A stretch of 32,000 bases of DNA, taken from positions 5,557-37,556 of the forward strand of contig CAYFXO010000001.1 in assembly GCA_964347125.1 (NCBI GenBank), given 5' to 3'. The notes under the pieces are model-generated. The model had not been told where the DNA came from and did no database searches. It was given only the letters and a program-made list of their open reading frames with translations. This DNA comes from an uncultured Methanomassiliicoccales archaeon (GTDB taxonomy: Archaea; Thermoplasmatota; Thermoplasmata; RBG-16-68-12; CAYFXO01). Positions 17,236-23,418 of the stretch are shown here, one piece after another; positions within the stretch are counted from its first letter, which is position 1, and each line of letters opens with the position of its first letter. Position numbers and translations under genes: made by a program.

Positions 17236-17675
17236 AGGAAGAGGATCCCCGTTCCCGCCTCCGGACAGCCAAGCAGATCCGGGAGGAGTCCGAAGAGGAC
17301 GACTTCGACTTCGAGGCCGAGTACCCGCCGGAGGAGGGGTCGCCGGAGACCCCCGTGCGCATCCGGGAGTACTCGGATTGGGCACGGAGCGGCCGGTGCA
17401 TGGTGTGCGGGGAAGAGAAGGAGCCCTACGTCGAGGTGGAGGTGGGCGGCCAGTGGGAGTTCACCTGCCAGGCGTGCTACGAGCAGGAGACGGCCCCGAA
17501 GGAGCCGGCGGAGCCCGCGGGCGGGGTCGCATGCCCTTCCTGCGGCGCCCCCCTCCACCCGGGCGATCAGTTCTGCGGGAAGTGCGGTGCGGCGACGGAG
17601 GCCGCCTGCCCGGAGTGCGGCGCCGAGATGGAGCCCGGCGACAAGTTCTGCGGGAAGTGCGGCGCCTCACTTTGA
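17232..17675 (+). CDS. acidic protein with three zinc-ribbon knuckle pairs (double zinc ribbon at the C-terminus)
   Basis: CMVCG...CQAC, then CPSCGAPLHPGDQFCGKCGA and CPECGAEMEPGDKFCGKCGA (DZR-like). The 3' end overlaps the convergent JAB gene by 9 nt. Confidence 0.7.
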   Translation: MKEEDPRSRLRTAKQIREESEEDDFDFEAEYPPEEGSPETPVRIREYSDWARSGRCMVCGEEKEPYVEVEVGGQWEFTCQACYEQETAPKEPAEPAGGVACPSCGAPLHPGDQFCGKCGAATEAACPECGAEMEPGDKFCGKCGASL

Positions 17676-18665
17676 CCGCTTAACGGTGACCTTGCGGTCG
17701 GGGCCCGCGTAGGTCTTCGTGGGGAGGGGGTCCCCCTCCGTGACCTCGAACCGCCCGAGGTGCACCTCCACCCGTTCCACGTCGTCCTCCAGGGCAGGGA
17801 TCGTCCCCTCCGCCAGGGGCTGCCACAGGAGGTAGGTGATGTCGTCCACCACTTCGTCGACGAAGATGGCCTTCGCCGGCTCCGGCTCCACGGTGGCCGC
17901 GTAGATCATCGGCGAGAGGGAGACCTTCAGGTTGACGCTCAGCGTCCCGTCCTCGCGGCTGATCGTGAGGACATTCTCGCCCCCGGCGGAGCCCTCGAAG
18001 GGTCCCGCGCGGATTCGGTGCTCGTGACCGCGCCCCTCCTCCACGGAGACCGTCTCGGCCTTGAGGGACGCGACGACGTGCTCCGTGAGGGCCCGGGCCA
18101 GCTCCCCGATGGCGTCCGTACCCGACGCGGCCTCGACCTCCTTGGAGTACACGATACCCACGGAGGACTTGAAGGCGTGGAGGGTGGAGCGATAGGACAC
18201 CCGCTGCGTGACATCCACGGGGACCTCCTCCACCCCGTTCCCCTTCGCGTAGCAGCGGTAGTGGGTGCCGTTCGTGACGAGGGACACCCGGTTCCGGTCC
18301 TTCCCCGCCCGCGAGAGGAGGGTGCGGTCGTCGACACCGCTGTGGAAGACGTCCTCCGGGGAGTGGATGTGTCGGAAATCCCCGCCGTGGCCGCTCATGG
18401 ACGGGTGGGAGTGGTAGAGGCCCACGATCCCCACGTTCCGCGGGTACCGCCCTGCGACTTTCGCCTCCTCCAGGGGGTCCGCCTCCGCCCCGAAGCGGCT
18501 CTGGCGGCGGTAGACGGTGCACGGGATGGCCTCGCTGATCCGCACGGTGCCGCCTTCCTCGAAGCCCACGAGCCACCCGATGACCTCCCGCCCGCGGCGC
18601 TTCCACCCCCGCCGGGCGTGGTCTAGGAGGGCGTCCAAGGCGGACCGCTGCAGGACGACGCTCAC
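17667..18665 (-). CDS. JAB/MPN+ (JAMM) metalloprotease with a roughly 190-aa C-terminal domain of unknown function; putative de-conjugating enzyme of the Ubl operon
   Basis: EVIGWLVG (Glu), HSHP (codons 18413-18402), then SPED / SGVD Ser-x-x-Asp candidates after an insertion. GTG 18665-18663 overlaps the E1 stop as GTGA. An alternative ATG 18692 would overlap E1 by 31 nt. Confidence 0.8.
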   Translation of the reverse strand: MSVVLQRSALDALLDHARRGWKRRGREVIGWLVGFEEGGTVRISEAIPCTVYRRQSRFGAEADPLEEAKVAGRYPRNVGIVGLYHSHPSMSGHGGDFRHIHSPEDVFHSGVDDRTLLSRAGKDRNRVSLVTNGTHYRCYAKGNGVEEVPVDVTQRVSYRSTLHAFKSSVGIVYSKEVEAASGTDAIGELARALTEHVVASLKAETVSVEEGRGHEHRIRAGPFEGSAGGENVLTISREDGTLSVNLKVSLSPMIYAATVEPEPAKAIFVDEVVDDITYLLWQPLAEGTIPALEDDVERVEVHLGRFEVTEGDPLPTKTYAGPDRKVTVKRSK

Positions 18666-19426
18666 GGGCTCAGCCCCCCGCAGGTCGGGCATTTGGGGTC
18701 CCGCTCCCAGTCGTAGCGCTCCAGGGTGCCGTCCATCCCTTTGTACATGAGGTAGGCGGCCTGGTTCCCGAACTGGAGGAGGTACTTGAGGGCCTCCTGG
18801 CACTGGAGGCTCGCCACGATGGCCATGGTGGTGGGGAGGGAGGTGAAGTGGCAGAGGCCGGACTCATCGCGCCGGTGCTCGACCCGCCCCTCCTCCGTGG
18901 CGAGGGGCTTGTTGCAGCGGTAGCACGGGGTGCGGCCGGGGAGGATCACGTGGACGGAGCCGTTGATGCCGTCCTGGGAGGCCCCCGCGTCGATGAGGGC
19001 GCGCTTCGCGGGGACACACTTCGCGTTGAGGAACATCCGCACCTGGAAGGAGTCCACGCACCCCAGGATGAGGTCCGAGGCCTCGATCTCGCCCGCGAGG
19101 GCGTCGTACCCCTCCCCGTCCGTCACGTCGTGGGGGTGGGTCGTCACCTCCACGTCGGGGTTCGCGCGGTGGATGTAGGCCTTCATGGCGTCCACCTTCG
19201 GCATCCCGACCTGGGAGGGGTCGTAGATGAGGCGGTTGAGGTTCGCCTCCTCCAGGGTGTCGTAGTCCAGTAGGGCCAGATGGCCGACGCCGCACCGGGC
19301 GAGGATGTCCGCGGAGAGGGCGCCCAGGCCGCCGACGCCCACGATGGCGACCCGCTTGTCGACCAGGCCGGAGAAGTCGGCGAACTCGAAGAGCCGCAGG
19401 CGGGCGTAGCGCTCCGTCATATCCAC
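18662..19426 (-). CDS. UBA5-like (ThiF/MoeB-fold) E1 Ubl-activating enzyme
   Basis: VAIVGVGGLGALSADILARCGVGHLALLDYDTLEEANLNRLIY (nucleotide-binding). PCYRC and KCPTC (zinc site). GLCHFTSLPTTMAIVAS with a candidate catalytic Cys at 18853-18851. Closely parallels human UBA5 segments as I recall them. An alternative start ATG 19420 forms ATGA with the E2 stop. Confidence 0.85.
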   Translation of the reverse strand: MDMTERYARLRLFEFADFSGLVDKRVAIVGVGGLGALSADILARCGVGHLALLDYDTLEEANLNRLIYDPSQVGMPKVDAMKAYIHRANPDVEVTTHPHDVTDGEGYDALAGEIEASDLILGCVDSFQVRMFLNAKCVPAKRALIDAGASQDGINGSVHVILPGRTPCYRCNKPLATEEGRVEHRRDESGLCHFTSLPTTMAIVASLQCQEALKYLLQFGNQAAYLMYKGMDGTLERYDWERDPKCPTCGGLSP

Positions 19427-19884
19427 CCCTTCGCCTTCATGTCATGGACCACGCTCCGGAGCCAGTAGGAGACCTCCCGCTTCAGGTAGAGGGCCATCCC
19501 CGCGTGGTCGTCCCACCAGTAGTCCTGCTCCATGTGCATGTCGCAAATCCGGAGGCCCAGGACGGGGTCGTCCAGCTTCCGGTCCGTGTAGTGCATCAGC
19601 TCGGGGATGCGGACCGCAGGGGGGGTGTGGGGGTAGGCGTCCTTGAGGACGAGCTCCAGGGTGAAGGCCTGGTCCGCCGCCCGGACCTCCCCCGTCCACC
19701 GGGTGGAATTGTGATCCCGGGCGTCCAGGGTGAACCACTCATTGCCCTCCAGGTAGCGCAGGTACTCGGAGAACTTCTGGAGGGCGTAGCGCTCCTCCTT
19801 CACCCGCGTGGGCCACGCGTCGTCCCGCGGGGAGGCGACCGTCGCGCATTGCAGGAAGTAGAAGAGGTCGTCCTCCCTAGCCAT
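19417..19884 (-). CDS. UFC1-like E2 Ubl-conjugating enzyme
   Basis: SPRD...W, STRWTG, YPHTPPAVRIPEL, GLRICDMHMEQDYW (Cys codon 19545-19543), C-terminal KAKGWI. These are collinear with human UFC1 GPRD...W, GTRWFG, YPTTAPEIAVPEL, GGKICLTDHFKPLW, IQKGVI (from memory). No HPN motif. Confidence 0.8.
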   Translation of the reverse strand: MAREDDLFYFLQCATVASPRDDAWPTRVKEERYALQKFSEYLRYLEGNEWFTLDARDHNSTRWTGEVRAADQAFTLELVLKDAYPHTPPAVRIPELMHYTDRKLDDPVLGLRICDMHMEQDYWWDDHAGMALYLKREVSYWLRSVVHDMKAKGWI

Positions 19885-19888
19885 GGGC

Positions 19889-20134
19889 TCAACCGACGAT
19901 GCTCGGATCGATGACGTGGATGTTGGTGCCGCTCTGGGCCACCTCGTCCACGGTGCCGCCCTCGATGGGGGAGCCCCCGGGGAACGTGGCGGTGAGGATG
20001 GAGGGGTCGCGCCCCTGGCGCTTCGCCGCCATGACCAGGGCCTCCTGGAACAGCATGGCGTTCGGCACCTTCAGGGAAACGACGGGCTTCTCGGGGTCCG
20101 AGATGAAGACGAACCGGAGGGTCGTGTGGGTCAT
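19889..20134 (-). CDS. UFM1-like ubiquitin-fold modifier (81 aa) ending in Val-Gly
   Basis: MTHTTLRFVFISDPEKPVVSLKVPNAMLFQEALVMAAKRQ...GTNIHVIDPSIVG*. Ungapped match to human UFM1 [33 protein letters not shown]...RIIPRDRVG (from memory). AGGTG SD upstream, and a 4-nt gap to the E2 gene. Confidence 0.8.
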   Translation of the reverse strand: MTHTTLRFVFISDPEKPVVSLKVPNAMLFQEALVMAAKRQGRDPSILTATFPGGSPIEGGTVDEVAQSGTNIHVIDPSIVG

Positions 20135-20164
20135 GGGGGCACCTGAAGCGAAGTAAGCGGCGGG

Positions 20165-20174
20165 GTTTATTTAG
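20165..20174 (-). promoter_or_regulatory. putative TATA box (CTAAATAAAC) for the Ubl-E2-E1-JAB operon
   Basis: AT-rich box about 36 nt upstream of ATG 20134 in the divergent intergenic region. AGGTG SD at 20143-20139. Confidence 0.4.
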
Positions 20175-20223
20175 GGGTTGTGGGGCCAGGACGCCGGGTG
20201 ATTTCCAGGGCTCCGGGCCGCCG

Positions 20224-20238
20224 GAAAAAGGTATATCC
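20224..20238 (+). promoter_or_regulatory. putative BRE/TATA box (GAAAAAGGTATATCC) for the GNAT-C45 pair
   Basis: About 45 nt upstream of ATG 20278. Same core as the box at 4325-4337. Confidence 0.4.
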
Positions 20239-20277
20239 AGCGCCGGGCCTGTGGAGGCCGTTCCGAAGGGATCGAAG

Positions 20278-21258
20278 ATGGGGAAGGCCGCCGACGTCGA
20301 GATCCGGGACTTCCGGGACGCCGACTACCCGGGCCTGCAGGAGGTCTACAACGCCACCTACCCGGAGCACCGGGAGAGCCTGGAAGAGATGAAGCACTGG
20401 GACGAGACGTGGGACCACACGCGCTACGAGCGGCGGCGGTACGTCGCGGAGACCGCCGACGGGGAGATCGTGGCCTTCGGGGAGTGGGGGCACTCGCCGG
20501 CCGTCTTCCACCCGCGGAAGTTCTGGATCGAGGTGGACGTCCACCCCTCCCAGCGGCGTCGGGGGATCGGCACCCGCCTATGGAACCACGCGGTGCGCGC
20601 CCTCGATGAGTTCGACCCGCTGCAGCTCCGGGCGAACGCGCGGGAGACGAGTCCGGAGAGCATTCGATTCCTCGAGCGTCGGGGCTTCGTGGAGGTCATG
20701 CGAACCTGGGAGTCGGTGCTAGACCTCACGGCCTTCGACCCGTCGCCGTTCGGCCGGTACTTCGAGGGGCTGGAGGACATCGAGTTCACGACCCTCGCGG
20801 CGGAGGAGGGCAGCCGCCCGGACCTCCACGAGGCCCTCTACGAGCAGGAGACCTCCTTGATGAGCGACGTCCCCCTTCCCGGACCGTACACCCCCATCTC
20901 GTTCGAGATGTTCGAAGGATGGTTCGACGACCCAGGCTCCCTGCCGGACGGCTACTTCCTCGCGAAGGAGGGGGGCGACTACGTGGGGAAGTGCGTCCTC
21001 GTCGCCCAGATGGAGTCCGAGGGCGAGCTCACCCACGGCCTCACCGGCGTCGCCAAGACCCACCGGGGACGCGGCCTCGCCATGGCCCTGAAGGTGACCG
21101 CCCTCCAGTGGGCCAAGGAGCAGGGGTACACGCGGGTGCGGACCTGGAACGACTCCATGAACGTGGGCATCCTGGCCATCAACGAGAAACTGGGGTTTCA
21201 GCGCGAGCCTGCGTGGATCACCTACGTGAAGGAGCTGGGGGGCTCGGATGACGCATAG
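20278..21258 (+). CDS. tandem-GNAT N-acetyltransferase (two GNAT domains)
   Basis: Domain 1: FWIEVDVHPSQRRRGIGTRLWNHAV...FLERRGF. Domain 2: LTGVAKTHRGRGLAMALKVTALQWAKEQGY...INEKLGF. Both carry the Q/RxxGxG/A acetyl-CoA motif. Start ATG 20278 preferred over the listed GTG 20251. Confidence 0.8.
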   Translation: MGKAADVEIRDFRDADYPGLQEVYNATYPEHRESLEEMKHWDETWDHTRYERRRYVAETADGEIVAFGEWGHSPAVFHPRKFWIEVDVHPSQRRRGIGTRLWNHAVRALDEFDPLQLRANARETSPESIRFLERRGFVEVMRTWESVLDLTAFDPSPFGRYFEGLEDIEFTTLAAEEGSRPDLHEALYEQETSLMSDVPLPGPYTPISFEMFEGWFDDPGSLPDGYFLAKEGGDYVGKCVLVAQMESEGELTHGLTGVAKTHRGRGLAMALKVTALQWAKEQGYTRVRTWNDSMNVGILAINEKLGFQREPAWITYVKELGGSDDA

Positions 21259-22384
21259 GCCCCTGCACGTGTATGCGGCGGGCACGCCGCGGGAGGTGGG
21301 CCTGGCCCACGGCCAGGCGGCCCGGGACCTCATCGAGGCGAACCTGCAGCTGTACTTCCACCGGTTCCAGAAGGAATGGGGGCTGCCCCGAGAGGAAATC
21401 CTCCGGCGGGCACGGATGTATGAAGCGGTGATCTGGGACCAAGAACCGGACTACGGCGACGCCCTGGAAGGGGTGGCGGAGGGCTCCGGCCTCCCCCTCG
21501 AAGACCTCATCGCCCTGAATGTCCGCTACGAGATCGTCTACAGCGAGCACACGAAGCTGGGGAAGGCCCAGCGGGGGGCCCCGCCGCCTGGCGAGTGCAC
21601 GTCCTTCGCGGTCCTGCCCGAGCGCGCGGGCGGGCGCCTCGTCCTCGCCCAGAACTGGGACTGGATTCCCGGGATTCGCGGGCTCGTCCTGCAGACTCGC
21701 GTTCGCGACGGCCCGGAGGTTTTGGCCTTCACCGAGGCGGGCATCGTCGGCGGAAAGATCGGTCTGAACGAGCACCGCCTGGGCCTCCTCATCAACGGCC
21801 TCCTCTCGAACGAGGACGACTGGGAGCGGCTGGGGACGCCGTTCCACGTGCGGTGCTGGCGGGTGCTCCAATCGGAGACCGTGGACGAGGCCCGGGAACG
21901 CCTCGAAGGGTCCGCGGGGTCCTGCTCCGCGAACTTCCTCCTGGCCCAGTGGGGCGGGGGGGAGGCGGTCGCGGTGGACGTGGAGTCCTCCCCCGTGGGG
22001 ACGGCGGAGCTGCGCCCGGAGGAGGGCGTGCTGACCCACACGAACCACTTCCACTGCGAGGCGGAGCTGGGCATCTGGCAGCCCCTCATCCTCGAGAAGA
22101 CCTCCACCTTCGACCGCCACGACCGCATCGGGGCCCTCATGGCGGAGCGGTTGGGGAGCGGGACCTTCGACGCCGAGGCCGCCATCCAGCTTCTGAGCGA
22201 CCACCACGGGCGGCCGAAGTCCCTCTGCCGCCACCAGGAGGACCTGGTGGACTGGCCGGAGGAGCAGCGGTACGAGACGGTGGCCTCCGTCGTCCTGGAC
22301 CTGGACGCCCGGTCGATGCTCCTGGCCCCCGGTCCCCCCTGCGAGACGGAGTACCACCGGTATGCCCTGGAGAACGGAGGGTAG
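21248..22384 (+). CDS. peptidase C45 / acyl-CoA:6-aminopenicillanic-acid acyltransferase-like Ntn hydrolase
   Basis: PPGECTSFAVL (Gly-Cys autoprocessing/nucleophile site), LAQNWDW, HTNHF. Overlaps the GNAT gene by 11 nt. Confidence 0.7.
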   Translation: MTHRPLHVYAAGTPREVGLAHGQAARDLIEANLQLYFHRFQKEWGLPREEILRRARMYEAVIWDQEPDYGDALEGVAEGSGLPLEDLIALNVRYEIVYSEHTKLGKAQRGAPPPGECTSFAVLPERAGGRLVLAQNWDWIPGIRGLVLQTRVRDGPEVLAFTEAGIVGGKIGLNEHRLGLLINGLLSNEDDWERLGTPFHVRCWRVLQSETVDEARERLEGSAGSCSANFLLAQWGGGEAVAVDVESSPVGTAELRPEEGVLTHTNHFHCEAELGIWQPLILEKTSTFDRHDRIGALMAERLGSGTFDAEAAIQLLSDHHGRPKSLCRHQEDLVDWPEEQRYETVASVVLDLDARSMLLAPGPPCETEYHRYALENGG

Positions 22385-22468
22385 GTCGCCGCGGTGAGAA
22401 CGGGAGAGGAAACCTTATCCCCGCCCCGCCGGGATGGGCCCCTCACGGGACGCCCGAGGTGATATCCC

Positions 22469-23173
22469 ATGAGCTTCTGCCCGAATTGCGGGACCGGCCT
22501 GACCTACGTGGAGCAGCACAACGCCTGGTATTGCCAGCAGTGTCAGCAGTACGCCCCGCCGCCCGCGCAGCCCGCGGCGCCGGCGGCCCCCGCGGGGGGG
22601 AACGGCCTGTGGCACCAGAACCACTACCGGATTCGGAAGAAGGTCCTGACGGTGGGGAACAAGTACTGGATCGAGGACGGCGGGGGGACGGTCCTGGGCT
22701 TCAGCAAGCAGAAGCTCTTCCGGCTCAAGGAGGACATCCGCATCTTCACGGACGAAGGGATGAGCCAGGAGCTCTTCCGGGTGCACCAGCAACAGCTCGT
22801 GGACACCTGGGGCACCTTCGCGGTCTTCGACAGCGCGACGAACGCCTACCTGGGGGCGATCCGCCGGAAGATGATGGCCTCCATCATCCGGGACGAGTGG
22901 GAGGTGTACGACGCCCAGAACCAGCTCGTCGCGGGGATCTACGAGAAGGCCGGGAGGGGGTTGGCGCGGCGGTTGCTGCCGGGCGGGGCCCTCATCCCGG
23001 AGAAGCTGACGCTCACGTTCCAGGGGGCGCCCGTCGCGGAGATCGACCAGCAGTTCAAGGTCATCGGGGACATCTGGGACCTGAAGTGCATGAACCTCCC
23101 GCCCTACCTGGACCGCCGGGTGGTGCTGGGAGGGCTCCTGCTCATGGGGATGGTGGAGCGGGACAAGAAGTAG
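22469..23173 (+). CDS. N-terminal zinc-ribbon fused to a LURP-one-related (LOR/tubby-C/scramblase-like) domain
   Basis: MSFCPNCGTGL...YCQQCQQ, a P/A linker, then YRIRKKVLTVGNKYWIEDGGGTVLGFSKQKLFRLKEDIRIFTDEGMSQELFRV, which is typical of the LOR family. GAGGTGAT SD 5 nt upstream. Confidence 0.65.
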   Translation: MSFCPNCGTGLTYVEQHNAWYCQQCQQYAPPPAQPAAPAAPAGGNGLWHQNHYRIRKKVLTVGNKYWIEDGGGTVLGFSKQKLFRLKEDIRIFTDEGMSQELFRVHQQQLVDTWGTFAVFDSATNAYLGAIRRKMMASIIRDEWEVYDAQNQLVAGIYEKAGRGLARRLLPGGALIPEKLTLTFQGAPVAEIDQQFKVIGDIWDLKCMNLPPYLDRRVVLGGLLLMGMVERDKK

Positions 23174-23195
23174 GCGGGACCCGCCGTGGTTAGAG

Positions 23196-23269
23196 TGGAC
23201 CCAGCGGGATTTGAACCCGCGGCCTCCAGCTTGCGAAGCTGGCGATCTTCCAGGCTGATCTATGGGCCC
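23196..23269 (-). tRNA. tRNA-Ala (anticodon CGC)
   Basis: Hand-folded 74 nt: GGGCCCA-TA-GATC-AGCCTGGAA-GATC-G-CCAGC-TTCGCAA-GCTGG-AGGCC-GCGGG-TTCAAAT-CCCGC-TGGGTCC-A. G3:U70 alanine identity pair present. No encoded CCA and no intron. Confidence 0.9.
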
Positions 23270-23293
23270 GCACCCGCGGTGAGACCCGGCGGC

Positions 23294-23305
23294 GGTAAAT
23301 AGGTT
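23294..23305 (-). promoter_or_regulatory. TATA box (AACCTATTTACC) for tRNA-Ala
   Basis: TATTTA begins 32 nt upstream of the mature tRNA 5' end. Confidence 0.45.
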
Positions 23306-23341
23306 TCGCGATGGAGGTGGCCCCTTCCAGCCCCGAAAAAG

Positions 23342-23354
23342 CCCTTAAATAGAC
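23342..23354 (+). promoter_or_regulatory. putative TATA box (CCCTTAAATAGAC) for the giant subtilase gene
   Basis: AT-rich box about 70 nt upstream of the preferred TTG start. GGAGGAG SD at 23407-23413. Confidence 0.4.
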
Positions 23355-23418
23355 TGCGCCTATCTACACGTCCCCGCGGGCGTCCAGTCCGTGGTTGGTG
23401 GGGAATGGAGGAGTCGAT

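Noticed and set aside
17232-17675. Zinc-rich protein as the RING-type E3 of the Ubl operon
   Set aside because: It is on the opposite strand, convergent and not co-transcribed. Its cysteine pairs follow zinc-ribbon/DZR spacing (CxxC-x10-12-CxxC) rather than the cross-brace C3HC4 RING pattern. I keep it only as something to test.
17667-20134. Reading the Ubl and ThiF-like genes as a MoaD/ThiS-MoeB/ThiF sulfur-carrier pair or a SAMP/UbaA system, or the operon as a Bil/CBASS-type antiviral module
   Set aside because: Sulfur-carrier and SAMP systems lack an E2 and end in Gly-Gly. Here there is a dedicated E2 with a UFC1-like active site and a Val-Gly terminus. The Bil/CBASS reading is not formally excluded. 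However, the motif-level similarity is to UFM1, UFC1 and UBA5, the E1 is a minimal UBA5-like domain rather than a large Bil/Cap2-type protein, and the locus sits among housekeeping genes with no defence-island or mobile-element hallmarks.
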